From positions 1,017 through 65,016 of the IMG/VR virus record IMGVR_UViG_3300050505_000066: a DNA stretch of 64,000 nucleotides; one strand, written 5' to 3'. Below, piece after piece: positions 1 through 10,384 of the stretch. The notes under the pieces are model-generated. The model was not told the origin of the DNA. It did not search any database and saw nothing but the letters and a program-made list of their open reading frames with translations. A program made the position numbers and the translations under genes. Source of the DNA: a virus. Within the stretch, counting starts at the first letter, position 1, and the number at the start of each line of letters is the position of its first letter.

Positions 1-31
1 ATTCCTGTCTTAGCTTGTGCTTTAGTTGGCA

Positions 32-2581
32 TTAGGCTCTCGTATAAACCATCTCAAATGCGATCACATTAACTTGGTTCTCGTATGTATCTGTCGCATC
101 AGAGCTAGCATTTCGTTGAAATTCAATAAATACATGATTCCCGGCTGAAAGTGAAGGCATACTAGTTAAATCCATCGCTTCAACTTGGATTCTATCTGCG
201 GACACAGCATCAGCAGCAATAGTATTTGTATTTAGTGTTGTTGTCGCTGTTGCACTTCCTGTATCTGCTACAGTTCGGTAACCAAATTTAATCTTCATGT
301 TACCAGATGAACTATCAGATGGAGTTATCCAGATATTAAATGCTGTGAGGGAACCAAAGTCTGCTGGTACAACAAAACTTGTTTGAAGAATAACATCAGC
401 AGTATTAATAAGTGGCATTGGATAATATGTTCCATTTGAACCACTTGATCTTGCTACAACTACAACATGAGTAATTCCACGAAACCCTTCAATCGCAGCG
501 GCAGGAATTAATACTCTTGAAGTTCCACCACTTCCAGTTCCGGTTGGAGGGTCAGCCCAAATTGCATCTGTGCCATCACTCTTAAGAAATTTTCCAGAAG
601 CACCAAGAGCAAGACGTGCCCAAACTGGACCTGTTTGTCCAGTGATTAAATCACCACGAACAACAGTTGCTCCTGTTGTATCACCGTGAGTTGAAGATAA
701 AAGATTATGTGTATCAGAAGAATATACTAATGTTCGACGATTTGGGCCACCATCTGTAAAATAAATTCGAGCACCATCATATTCAATAGCTCCTTCTACT
801 GGAGTTGTTAATGTTGAACCAGGAAATAATTTAATACAAGCTTTAGTTGCTGTACTACCTGAAATTTCAACAAAATGAGTTGGTGTTGTTGTAGAACCAA
901 ATTTAGTTGGTCCTGCAATAATATTAGGAGCATCAATAAGAAGATACAACATAAATTTATTTGTAACAGCAGCAGGGAGAGTATTTGTACGACGAATTCC
1001 AAACCAATTTGTAACTGCACCGCCACCAGAGACTGTTGCCGGAGTTACAAAAGTGTCTAAATCAATTCCAATAGCATTTGTTACAGTACCAGTTAATAAT
1101 GTAGTAGAACTAAGAAGGACATCAATTCCTTTCATAGTTCCAACAGTCGCAGGACCGGGACGGAGAGTATAAGTTGCACCACGAATTAATGTTACAGTTC
1201 CTGCTGAAGAAGTTCCTGCTTCTCCACTAATACCATCAATTTCATTAACTGCGGAACCAGAACCGATATTAGGAAGAGCACTAAAATTTGCACCAATTAA
1301 AATATTATCTGTTAAACTAGAAGGGACAATTGGTGAAATTGTAATATCAATACCAGTAAAAGAAGGCGATCCTCCTGTTCTTAGTGGAGCACCAGTATTA
1401 TTTATAATTAAAACTTTGTGTGTTCCAGTTACAGTGCCAGTCCCACTATGTTGTGCTTTAAAATTAACAAGATTTAATGCTGTTCCTGTTGTCCAATCAA
1501 AAGCTTCTACATGTACAACTTCACGATTACCTGCGATTGGGAGAACGGTTCCGACACCAAATCGAGTTCCAATTTGAAGACCACCGGCGATAATTGTCCC
1601 ATTCGGTTGAGCACCAATAAATTGACCTGTCGGACCAAATTTTCGAATTAGTTGAGTATGATCATCTGAAGCAAAAGTTCGTGTTTGTGGTTCTGTTCCG
1701 GCTGTTACAGCATTTGAAACTGTAATATTACTAGAATCAGTCACTACTGTTACAGTCGTCCCCGCTATAACACCAGGACCATAAATAACATGACCGACTT
1801 GAACTGCTCCGAATAAAGCGGCTGAGGTTAAAGCAGTTGTTCCATTAGCAGTACATGAAACATTAAAAGCATCACGATCTGTTGTATCAGAATGTTCAAT
1901 TGCAGAGCCGGGGGCAGCAGCGATTGGACCTACCCAAGCTCCATCAGATTTTCGAATACTTGAAAGCGTTACACGGGCACCACCAATTGAATTTGAACTT
2001 TCAAAAAGAATAAAATTTCCTGTTAAACGACTAGTTAAACGACGATAAATAACATCATCTTTATTTGCTCCATATGCCGTATCAACTGAGGCACTTTCTA
2101 ATAAAAGAAATTTATCAGATGATCCAGCTGGAGTTATTCTTAATGATCCATCAATTGTTGCATTTGCAAGATTTACTCCTAAAGCGATATTTAATCCTTT
2201 TGTGTAAGTAGAATCACGTTCAACAATTCGAAGATTTCCCGTACGAATTGTACAATCTTGTTTTAGTTCAATTCTACCAGAATTATTTGTTGCATTACTA
2301 GCTGTAAAAAGATTAAATCCTTGAAGAACTAAAGCAGTTCCTGTAGGGACAGACTGAGAATTACTACCAAAACCTATTTGTCCTGTAGAACGACCAGGAA
2401 GATAAAAATATTGGCTTAAATCAATAGGAATGGGATTCCCACCACCAGATGGGGCCTCGCCTCGGTCAACAGCAGCAAGTTGGATAGCTTGATTATTGAT
2501 AGCAAGTTCAAGACGACGAAATGACTCATAAATCCATCTTGGACTATCTTTATCTAATGGTAACGGTGCTCTAATTGGCAT
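32..2581 (-). CDS. Tail fibre / receptor-binding protein (849 aa)
   Basis: Gly/Thr/Ser-rich beta-type sequence, the common phage tail-fibre segment 'GAIEYDG...YFTDG', and position downstream of the tail genes. Confidence 0.75.
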   Translation of the reverse strand: MPIRAPLPLDKDSPRWIYESFRRLELAINNQAIQLAAVDRGEAPSGGGNPIPIDLSQYFYLPGRSTGQIGFGSNSQSVPTGTALVLQGFNLFTASNATNNSGRIELKQDCTIRTGNLRIVERDSTYTKGLNIALGVNLANATIDGSLRITPAGSSDKFLLLESASVDTAYGANKDDVIYRRLTSRLTGNFILFESSNSIGGARVTLSSIRKSDGAWVGPIAAAPGSAIEHSDTTDRDAFNVSCTANGTTALTSAALFGAVQVGHVIYGPGVIAGTTVTVVTDSSNITVSNAVTAGTEPQTRTFASDDHTQLIRKFGPTGQFIGAQPNGTIIAGGLQIGTRFGVGTVLPIAGNREVVHVEAFDWTTGTALNLVNFKAQHSGTGTVTGTHKVLIINNTGAPLRTGGSPSFTGIDITISPIVPSSLTDNILIGANFSALPNIGSGSAVNEIDGISGEAGTSSAGTVTLIRGATYTLRPGPATVGTMKGIDVLLSSTTLLTGTVTNAIGIDLDTFVTPATVSGGGAVTNWFGIRRTNTLPAAVTNKFMLYLLIDAPNIIAGPTKFGSTTTPTHFVEISGSTATKACIKLFPGSTLTTPVEGAIEYDGARIYFTDGGPNRRTLVYSSDTHNLLSSTHGDTTGATVVRGDLITGQTGPVWARLALGASGKFLKSDGTDAIWADPPTGTGSGGTSRVLIPAAAIEGFRGITHVVVVARSSGSNGTYYPMPLINTADVILQTSFVVPADFGSLTAFNIWITPSDSSSGNMKIKFGYRTVADTGSATATTTLNTNTIAADAVSADRIQVEAMDLTSMPSLSAGNHVFIEFQRNASSDATDTYENQVNVIAFEMVYTRA

Positions 2582-5500
2582 TAAGAATTTGCCCTATTCA
2601 TTTCAGTTCCAGCATCCGAGGCAAGGTAAGAGAAATTATAAATTCTCATATCTTGATTTAAATCGACACTAATGTCGTCTGAAATAAAAACTTTTTCAAT
2701 TTGAAGTTCAATTCCTTGTTTAGACCAATTTTGATCTGAAACTAATAAATCTCCTGTCAAAGTAGAAAAATATTTTGTATCAATCAATGTAACTGGTTCG
2801 GAAATTCCTGATCCTCTAACTCCAATTGAAATCGTACCATCATCAAATACAAGTGTAACATCTCCCGTAAATTCAACTGGTTGAGAAAGAGTTATCACAC
2901 TATCACTAAAAATTGATTCAACAATTGTTTGAGGAGGAATTCCAACTCCCTTTACAAATGTTCCAATGAGCATTTGTCCAAAAAAATGATTTGAAGAGAT
3001 GTCGGCTGAACCCGAGACAAGAGTACAAGGAATTTGAGTATATGTTCCTAAAGCATCATACAAAATATAAGTTCGTTGAACTTGTGTATCTTGATCATAT
3101 CCTGCTGGATAAATTTTTCTAGTAATAATTGATGGTGCAATAGGAGCTGAAGCAAGGATATCATTTTCATCATGAACTTGATATGTAGATGGTTGAATTA
3201 TACCATTATCTTCAATATATACAGTTCCGTTCGTTTGATGTCCAGTTAATAAATAAGGAACGCCCCCTAATTTTGCTGAGGCCGCTGATCTTGCAGAAAT
3301 TGAAAGTGGGCCGGTAACTGGAAGGAATGTTCCATTTTTAATTTTATCAGCACTATAACTGAAAACTATTGCTCGTGTATTTTTTGTATGAGTACCAGCA
3401 GCATTTTTGGGACAATAATAAAAAACTAACCATTTTTCACGTGGATACACTCGAAGAATTGATGTGAAAAGGGCGTCTGTATTTACGAGGTCTTCAATTT
3501 TAATATCAAGATTAAACGGTCGTGTGGAAACTCCATCTGTATAATTAAATCCATTATATGAAACATAACCGCATACAACTCCTGATCCTTTAAGATCGAA
3601 AAGAGTTGCGGCAAGGGGACCAACAATACCGTGATCGACCACTATATCCTCGTGGGCGATTCCTTTACCAAAGTCAGCATCCACTTCAGTAGGAAGGTAA
3701 TTAACTCGTTTAATTGAATCTCGCATCCCAACTAAAAGAATTTGACCAATTCGTCTTATATATGTAATAATATCTTTATTTTTAGAATCAAAAACAATTT
3801 TATAAGGAGCTGGGAAGGATTCTGGAGCACCAGCAATTGAATATCTTAAAGTTGAAGGATTTGTTACATCATTTAAAACAAGTGATCCTTGGAAAATATC
3901 TCCTGTTGAAGCAGAAGGAATAATGAAATTAGCAGGATCACTAACTGTAGTTCCAATTTGTGAACGATATGTAACAACTTGGTAAGGAGGTCCGTCTAGA
4001 TTAATACTACCGTCTGCAGCGGAAGCTCCAGTGTAATAAACACGAACAGCCACATAATCAACATCAAGTTCTTGGTTACTCGCTGTGTAACTTTTTTGAA
4101 TAATAACACGGAGAGTTCCAATTTGCACAGGAGTCCATGAAATCCCCCATTTTTCAAATTGTCCTCCCCAAATTTTAGGGTAAAAAAACCAATATGTAGA
4201 AGCACCGAAATTTCGATTACTAGAAGTTGCTCCTGGCCCTTGATCTAACCAAATCCAATATCCAGCTTGTGTTCCAAGACCAGGAGAACGACTCACAACT
4301 TTAACTTCAATTCCAGTTACAGTATATGTGTTCCAGGGAGCACCAGTCAAGAATCCAAAAGAAGAAAGAGCGTTTTCTTCTGATTGCCCACTCCCCGAGG
4401 TACCAAAAGCAAAAACACCACCAATAGTTGTAAAACCTGATGGATTTGTAAATTGAGGAAGAGCGTCTGGACCTGCGCCTGTAACTGTTGGAAGAAGATA
4501 ATCTTGATAAGTATTCGTAAATTTTATATCAAGAGAAGTGTTTTCAATCGAAGGTTTTGCAATTCGTTTAAATGTTGCAGCAGGAGGCATGTTTGTTGGA
4601 TCAGGATAAGCGGCTTTTCCTGGTCCAATAAAAGACATATAAACACCCCAATTTGTTGCTCTATTCTTTCCATTAGTTCCATCATTTGTAATTATTGGAA
4701 AAGTGATTCTTACAAATTGATTTGATACATCTGTAATTGAAACAACAACAGCTTGTCCACCATTTGCAACATATCCTGCTTCGACATCATTAATATTGGA
4801 ATTATCTGATAATAAAATTTCTGTAATAAGAAACCAGTAATATCCAATCCCTAAAGTTGCAGACCAAGCTGGTCCTGCTTGAACTGAAACTGTTGGAGCA
4901 TTAGAAATTGGTTGAAGACCTGCTGGACGCATAATCAATGTTTCAGGAGCATTTGTTCCTGAAAATTGTTTCCAAAATAATCTATTTACTGTTCCTACAC
5001 GAGGTAATACAAAAAATGTACTTTGCCATTGAACAATATCAAGGAGTTCTTTTCCAGTATCTGACATTGAAAGAGCAATTCCAGCATCAAAAATCAATGT
5101 TACTGTTGCACTAGCTGTTGCAGCTTGAGAAAGTGTAATTTGAGTATCAGAATTAACGGTTAGGATGTAAGTTCCTGCTGAAATTCCTGGACCAGAAACT
5201 TTTACACCAACAAGCATATTTAAAAATGATCCAGCCGGGGCAGTTACAGTTGCATTAAGATTAATGGTAATACAATTAGCAATAGTTCCTGGTCCTGTAA
5301 TAACTGAAAATGTTCCTGTTAATGCTGTAAAATCACTTTTATAAAGATTTGAGGTTGTTCCATTTCCTTGGGGCCATGCAATTAATTGATCTGTATTTTG
5401 ATCAAATGTTAATTGAACAAGACCTTTAAGTCCCCCTGATAAAGGAGTTACATTATAAACAGTTCGGCCAGGAGCACGTTGAATAGATGGATTTTTATCT

Positions 5501-5610
5501 CTATAAACACAATCCGTTGCTCTTTGAAGTTCACCTGGAAATAAAAGAGCCGAATGTCGTACTGTAACTAATCCACCATTTAAAAATTCAGTAATTAAAG
5601 GCATTACCAT
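2581..5610 (-). CDS. Large virion tail protein (tail tubular B / P22 gp10-like role by synteny), 1009 aa
   Basis: Size, beta-rich composition and position right after the adaptor-like gene; assignment rests mostly on gene order. Confidence 0.6.
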   Translation of the reverse strand: MVMPLITEFLNGGLVTVRHSALLFPGELQRATDCVYRDKNPSIQRAPGRTVYNVTPLSGGLKGLVQLTFDQNTDQLIAWPQGNGTTSNLYKSDFTALTGTFSVITGPGTIANCITINLNATVTAPAGSFLNMLVGVKVSGPGISAGTYILTVNSDTQITLSQAATASATVTLIFDAGIALSMSDTGKELLDIVQWQSTFFVLPRVGTVNRLFWKQFSGTNAPETLIMRPAGLQPISNAPTVSVQAGPAWSATLGIGYYWFLITEILLSDNSNINDVEAGYVANGGQAVVVSITDVSNQFVRITFPIITNDGTNGKNRATNWGVYMSFIGPGKAAYPDPTNMPPAATFKRIAKPSIENTSLDIKFTNTYQDYLLPTVTGAGPDALPQFTNPSGFTTIGGVFAFGTSGSGQSEENALSSFGFLTGAPWNTYTVTGIEVKVVSRSPGLGTQAGYWIWLDQGPGATSSNRNFGASTYWFFYPKIWGGQFEKWGISWTPVQIGTLRVIIQKSYTASNQELDVDYVAVRVYYTGASAADGSINLDGPPYQVVTYRSQIGTTVSDPANFIIPSASTGDIFQGSLVLNDVTNPSTLRYSIAGAPESFPAPYKIVFDSKNKDIITYIRRIGQILLVGMRDSIKRVNYLPTEVDADFGKGIAHEDIVVDHGIVGPLAATLFDLKGSGVVCGYVSYNGFNYTDGVSTRPFNLDIKIEDLVNTDALFTSILRVYPREKWLVFYYCPKNAAGTHTKNTRAIVFSYSADKIKNGTFLPVTGPLSISARSAASAKLGGVPYLLTGHQTNGTVYIEDNGIIQPSTYQVHDENDILASAPIAPSIITRKIYPAGYDQDTQVQRTYILYDALGTYTQIPCTLVSGSADISSNHFFGQMLIGTFVKGVGIPPQTIVESIFSDSVITLSQPVEFTGDVTLVFDDGTISIGVRGSGISEPVTLIDTKYFSTLTGDLLVSDQNWSKQGIELQIEKVFISDDISVDLNQDMRIYNFSYLASDAGTEMNRANS

Positions 5611-6557
5611 CCACCATAATCAGGATAGAAAGGTCCATTATTCCAAGTAAGTCGGTATTGAGGCCACATCTCCATTTGGGATTTCATGTGAACTATTTCA
5701 TCTTCAGTTACGTTTTCATCATCTTCTTTAGCTTTAGCTAAAGCTCGATTTGAATCTGAAAGAGCTAAAGCGGGATCATCAAATCCTCTTCGGGTTGTAA
5801 TTAACAATCCTCGACAATAATCTAAAAATTTATAAAGATAGGGACCATACATATCAAGAGGATCAGCCATCTCATCAAATCTACGATAATAATCCACACG
5901 AATACTATCTGATTTTTGTGGAACTCTTAAAATTCTAAGTTGAAAGGTTCCTTTATTTTGACTTAAAGCACTTGAAATATTAAAAATTGTGTAAGCTTCA
6001 GGAGTTCCTTGAATTGTTTGATCTAATGTTACTTTATTCCAATCTCTGAATCGAATGAAGTCTAGAGGCCATTTAAGAGCACTTACAAATCGAACTCCAT
6101 AATGTTTACCAAAATCTGTTGGAAGATTATAATCTGTTTGTCCTGCTACAACAGGAATTAAACCACCAAAAGTTAAAGTAGTTGTTGTTGATCCTGTTGG
6201 ATTTGCAGATAGTGTAATAGATGCAATTGAACGATCAGCATTTCGAGTAAAACTTAACACAGTTGTATTTGCTGGAATATTTGTTCCAATTACTGTAATG
6301 CCTGCATTGATTCCATCAAAAACCGACGCCGAGGGAGCAGTTACAACTGGATTTCCTGAATTTAAAATACAATTATTGACAGCAAAAGTAGAAGTATTAT
6401 CTCGAAGAAGAAATTCCCAATCACGATCTTGCCAATCAGCAAAACCACGTAATATTGCTTCCTCAGCCATGGCTAGACTATCTAGTAATCCAGCTCCTCC
6501 AACTGGGCGAGCAATATATTTTTTAGCATCTGCTCGGGTTATTGATAAATTTGACAC
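5604..6557 (-). CDS. Head-tail adaptor / tail tubular A-like protein
   Basis: Helical N-terminus, 'W.FL' motif, 'GQTDYNLPTDF' and 'GTPEAYTIF' segments typical of podovirus adaptors; position. Confidence 0.6.
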   Translation of the reverse strand: MSNLSITRADAKKYIARPVGGAGLLDSLAMAEEAILRGFADWQDRDWEFLLRDNTSTFAVNNCILNSGNPVVTAPSASVFDGINAGITVIGTNIPANTTVLSFTRNADRSIASITLSANPTGSTTTTLTFGGLIPVVAGQTDYNLPTDFGKHYGVRFVSALKWPLDFIRFRDWNKVTLDQTIQGTPEAYTIFNISSALSQNKGTFQLRILRVPQKSDSIRVDYYRRFDEMADPLDMYGPYLYKFLDYCRGLLITTRRGFDDPALALSDSNRALAKAKEDDENVTEDEIVHMKSQMEMWPQYRLTWNNGPFYPDYGGW

Positions 6558-6558
6558 T

Positions 6559-7821
6559 TTATCTCCTAGCGAGAACTATACGTGGATTTAACTCGCTTTT
6601 TTGTCGATCTTTGAGTTCAGTATAAAAATCATATAAAGCTGGAATAGTTTTTTCTGGTGTTCGATTCTCTAAAACCCATTTTTTAGCATTTTGTGAAATT
6701 TTAGTTCGAAGGTCCTTATTTTCAATTAATTGTCCAAGTTTTTGAACAAATTCTTCTGGAGAATTAAAAAGTAATCCAGTTTTTCCATCTTTAATCTCAA
6801 AATACGGTTCTGTATTAGCTGCTAAAGTTGCTTCAGGTTGATTCCAAATAGAACCTTCGTACCATTTAATAGCTGATTTACAACGATTAAAAGCATTATT
6901 AGCAAGAGGACAAAGATTAATATCAATATTTAAAAGTCCACGTTTAAGTTTGTAAGCTTGGTAATGAGTCCAAGGATGAAATTCTACAATTTCATCAGGA
7001 ATCATATCATGAACCCAATCAAACCATTCCCCGAAAATTACCCATGTAATTTGATTTTTATATTTTTGGGATATTTCTCGAACTGCCTCGCGGAGGGGAT
7101 ACCAATCAACATAATGAGACATTGATCCTTGCCAGAGAATTCGAATTTTAGAGGGGTCTTTTCTGGCTACATCATAAAATTCATAATGAGAAAGATCAAC
7201 GGAATTCGGAAATACGTAAGTATTTGGTTGGCCTATAACTTCTTTAAAGTATGAAGCAAGAGCGGGAGTCGAAACAGTTGCTCCATGACATCTTTGAATA
7301 AGTTCATGACGAACTTTCATTTGATGTAAATTACGGGCTATGTCAAATTGAAGACCATTTCCAGTTGTTACTTTATCTTCCCAAAGCACCCGTCTTTCAT
7401 GATCAGCATCTTCCCATTCAAGAGTATTTCCAGGTTCAAGTAATTTTGCATCTGGATATGAACGAATTCCTAAATAGGAAAACGTGAAGTTCATTGGATG
7501 AACAAAATCTGTATTATCATCAACATCATAAAGAACTAAAGGAGGAATTCTAAGAATATCATCTGCTGTTTTATTTGCTTTTATATCTCGAATAGTATTA
7601 ACTTGATGTAATGCTCCTTCTCCTCCTACTGAGTATAAAATAGCCACATCAGATGTTAACATAGCTCGAAGGGCTTCATCATCATTACTACCATCATCTT
7701 GATAACATATACCAAGTCCCATTTTATGAAAATTCATCATAGGAAGGTCTAGACGATAGTACTGACAAGCGTTCGGATTTCGTGCTCGATTTGTAGCCCA
7801 AATATAAAGTGGTTCTGACAT
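6559..7821 (-). CDS. Glycosyltransferase (GT-B/GT4-like)
   Basis: Motifs 'YYRLDLPM', 'LYDVDDN', 'ILWQGS' and 'DINLCPLANNAFNRCKSAIKWYE' typical of phage GT4-like enzymes. Confidence 0.85.
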   Translation of the reverse strand: MSEPLYIWATNRARNPNACQYYRLDLPMMNFHKMGLGICYQDDGSNDDEALRAMLTSDVAILYSVGGEGALHQVNTIRDIKANKTADDILRIPPLVLYDVDDNTDFVHPMNFTFSYLGIRSYPDAKLLEPGNTLEWEDADHERRVLWEDKVTTGNGLQFDIARNLHQMKVRHELIQRCHGATVSTPALASYFKEVIGQPNTYVFPNSVDLSHYEFYDVARKDPSKIRILWQGSMSHYVDWYPLREAVREISQKYKNQITWVIFGEWFDWVHDMIPDEIVEFHPWTHYQAYKLKRGLLNIDINLCPLANNAFNRCKSAIKWYEGSIWNQPEATLAANTEPYFEIKDGKTGLLFNSPEEFVQKLGQLIENKDLRTKISQNAKKWVLENRTPEKTIPALYDFYTELKDRQKSELNPRIVLARR

Positions 7822-7831
7822 GTACGCCTTT

Positions 7832-8263
7832 CTAGACGATACTGACTTTTCCTCTCATATCAAAATCTTTTAAAGGACCAGACAAGAGGGCATAAAAGAA
7901 ATCTCGATTAAGTTTAACTTGTCCATCATTTGGATCAGTTTTATAGAGAAGACCTTCATCAATGAGATTTCCGGCTTCATCATAACGAGCAAAAACAGAA
8001 AGAACGGCACTCCAAATAGATGAATCAATATTTGCTACATATTGAAATGAACGTTTAGGATCAAATCCAGTTGCATCTGTGTGAGCGCCCAATTTTTGAA
8101 TTGTATTCATATAGTTTTTGTATTGAGAACGAGCTTCAGCAACAGACGCAATTCGAGGTGTTCGTGCGGTTAATCTAGGATCATGGAGGGTCTCATCAAG
8201 AATTCTCATATATTCTTTATTTTGAGCCTTTATTCGTGTTATTTTTAACCCACCATTTGACAT
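7832..8263 (-). CDS. Hypothetical protein (likely start ATG 8263, MSNGGLK)
   Basis: The track ORF 7832..8341 overlaps a separate small gene; ATG at 8263 follows the TAA at 8265-8267. Confidence 0.6.
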   Translation of the reverse strand: MSNGGLKITRIKAQNKEYMRILDETLHDPRLTARTPRIASVAEARSQYKNYMNTIQKLGAHTDATGFDPKRSFQYVANIDSSIWSAVLSVFARYDEAGNLIDEGLLYKTDPNDGQVKLNRDFFYALLSGPLKDFDMRGKVSIV

Positions 8264-8264
8264 G

Positions 8265-8429
8265 TTAAGCCCCGTGAACTTTTTTAAGTCTTGGATTTGC
8301 TTTCTTTGCTGCTTTAGATGCTTTATGAGTACTAGCAGCAATCATAGCTTTACCGGCTTCAAGAGATTCTCCCTCACCAGCAGCGGCTTTTCTTGCAGCA
8401 GCTTCAAAACCAATATGTTTGCGAGCCAT
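8265..8429 (-). CDS. Small basic protein (54 aa, MARKHIGFEAAARKAAAG...ANPRLKKVHGA)
   Basis: Read by hand (below the track size cut-off); Ala/Lys-rich, tightly packed in the late operon, GAGG RBS upstream. Confidence 0.6.
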   Translation of the reverse strand: MARKHIGFEAAARKAAAGEGESLEAGKAMIAASTHKASKAAKKANPRLKKVHGA

Positions 8430-8430
8430 T

Positions 8431-8610
8431 TTAATTCCTCTCAACTATATTACGGGATTCTTTAGAAGAAAGATTTTTCTTTCCAGTGAATTTTCGAAGA
8501 GATTTCCTTTCCCTTTGTCCTTGTTCTTGGGAAGTTTCTGCTCCTTCTGAAAAACTTTCAGCTGGAGTCCTGTTATCTTTTATTTTCAAAATACTTAATC
8601 GTTTAGCCAT
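8431..8610 (-). CDS. Small basic hypothetical protein (likely start MAKRLSILK)
   Basis: ATG at 8610 overlaps the stop of the upstream gene. Confidence 0.5.
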   Translation of the reverse strand: MAKRLSILKIKDNRTPAESFSEGAETSQEQGQRERKSLRKFTGKKNLSSKESRNIVERN

Positions 8611-8941
8611 GATGAGGTGTTCCTTGATGAGGCATTCCGGGGCGTCCTGGAAAAATAGGACTAAAACCAGAGGTATCTTTAACTCTTGTATCTCCTTCTT
8701 GTGGAAGAGATACATCGAATGAATAATTCGGATTATCTCCCTGAGGGGTTCCTGCTTCATTAAAAGTTTCTTGAGTTATTTGATTCCCAGGAACTGAATG
8801 TCTATCTTTATCAGTATCCCCCATTCCAGTTCCAGCCTTAGATTTTCCGCCTTCAGAAGGACCAGATTCTGTACACATATATGATTCAGCCATTTCCCAT
8901 TTAGCAATGACATCACCTGGTTTTGGATTATTATATCCCAT
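8603..8941 (-). CDS. Hypothetical late protein
   Basis: ORF with RBS in the late operon, low-complexity sequence. Confidence 0.55.
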   Translation of the reverse strand: MGYNNPKPGDVIAKWEMAESYMCTESGPSEGGKSKAGTGMGDTDKDRHSVPGNQITQETFNEAGTPQGDNPNYSFDVSLPQEGDTRVKDTSGFSPIFPGRPGMPHQGTPHHG

Positions 8942-8943
8942 AA

Positions 8944-9162
8944 TTATTTCCTCACATCTTTGCCATTAGCAAAGGGAACAGAGATTGGCATTGATGGATT
9001 ATCTCCATTTGATTGTGAATTATTTGGCGCATCACTAGTACGAAGAGCAGCATCATCTTTAAATTCTTCGGGATTCGCTGCTGTTCCAATACCAGCAACA
9101 GTCGCAGTTAAATCCATCTCTTGTTGCCTAGATGTATATCCTTTAATTGGATTCTGTGGCAT
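8944..9162 (-). CDS. Hypothetical late protein
   Basis: ORF with GAGG RBS directly downstream of the capsid gene. Confidence 0.55.
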   Translation of the reverse strand: MPQNPIKGYTSRQQEMDLTATVAGIGTAANPEEFKDDAALRTSDAPNNSQSNGDNPSMPISVPFANGKDVRK

Positions 9163-9180
9163 TGTTTCCTCGTGGGGGCA

Positions 9181-9238
9181 CCCCTCTATAAACCTTATTA
9201 AGATTCATAGAGGGGTGGGGGTCATAAGCCCCTACCCC
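9181..9238 (-). terminator. Overlapping alternative hairpins downstream of the major capsid gene
   Basis: GGGGTGGGGG(9212-21)/CCCCTACCCC(9229-38) competes with CCCCTCTAT(9181-89)/ATAGAGGGG(9207-15); weak U-tract. Confidence 0.5.
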
Positions 9239-9254
9239 GATTACTCAGTCGTTA

Positions 9255-10286
9255 TTATGTAACGCCTGACTTGTTGTTAACAGAAAGAATACGACCATTA
9301 GCAAGTTCGTTTAGAACTTCTAGAGTAACTTCACCCACAACGAGACCTGCAACAGAGTCGCCTCGCTTACCGACTAGCTGATGAACCATTGGTCTCAACC
9401 ATGCTAGACGATTCATGTTCCTCTGTAGGAAGAACATCTGTCCACCAGTCGCTGTTGACGACGCAGTAGCAGTGTTAGCATTAGTTGATTCTGGTACCCA
9501 ACGATCTAGCACGACCTGAATTAGGCCGAAATCTGAATCGAAGAAGTCGATAGCCGAAACTAATTTCTTGTCAACGGCAGCAATACCACGAGAGTGAGGT
9601 ACGCTTGAAGACGCACCAGGAACGCTCAAGGCACTTACCTGACGTTTGACTTTTGGACTTACATAAACCTGTTCGGGATTTCCGCCAGCTTTATAAATAA
9701 GTTCCAACATATCATTGAAGTCTCCAACCGCCAACTGACCATCATGCGTAGCATCACCAGTGTTTGGAGCACCAGCATTAGTTCCTGCATACGCAGTATT
9801 GGTAAGAATGAAGGACTGGAAACCTTTCATGACACGTGCCGATGCTGAGTTACCAGTTGCGGTAGTCAACACACCGAACACGACTTTTTCTAGCTTAATT
9901 GCAAGACGCTTTGTTGCCTTTTGAATTTCATAGGCATAGGCATCCTTAAAGCCAGCAGTGTTAATTGCACGCTGCGTTTCGGAAACACCGATATCCTGAC
10001 GCAGAATCATTGTCACATTGAACACACGCGAAGGAGTGGTTGTAGTGTCATAAGTGTAATCGGCACCTTCCACTGCTCCTGTAGTATCCACGGACCCGAG
10101 AGTATCAATTGGCCACTGATGATAAACATGCTGACATGTTACTTTTGGAGCCTGTGATACCCAAGGGGTGTCCCAAGGGTCTACATTGGTGATCTGGTCT
10201 AGTAAGTCTTCCTTAGCTACACCAACACCTGGGAGTAAACCAAACTTATAGGCACCCGCATTACCAATAGGAGTTGAACCCGGCAT
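9255..10286 (-). CDS. Major capsid protein (DUF5309 / SU10-type, HK97 fold)
   Basis: 'EDLLDQITNVDPWDTP', 'HQWPIDTL', 'NVTMILRQDIGVSETQ', 'SDFGLIQVVLDRW' and 'GEVTLEVLNE' match this MCP family; position after the scaffold gene. Confidence 0.9.
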   Translation of the reverse strand: MPGSTPIGNAGAYKFGLLPGVGVAKEDLLDQITNVDPWDTPWVSQAPKVTCQHVYHQWPIDTLGSVDTTGAVEGADYTYDTTTTPSRVFNVTMILRQDIGVSETQRAINTAGFKDAYAYEIQKATKRLAIKLEKVVFGVLTTATGNSASARVMKGFQSFILTNTAYAGTNAGAPNTGDATHDGQLAVGDFNDMLELIYKAGGNPEQVYVSPKVKRQVSALSVPGASSSVPHSRGIAAVDKKLVSAIDFFDSDFGLIQVVLDRWVPESTNANTATASSTATGGQMFFLQRNMNRLAWLRPMVHQLVGKRGDSVAGLVVGEVTLEVLNELANGRILSVNNKSGVT

Positions 10287-10384
10287 GCGGTTTTACCTCT
10301 ATCACTTTGTTTGCTGTAATATCTCCCGTTTCCGAGCGGGGGTCAGATCATTAGACAGTAGAGCAAAATGACTTATTTTATTGT

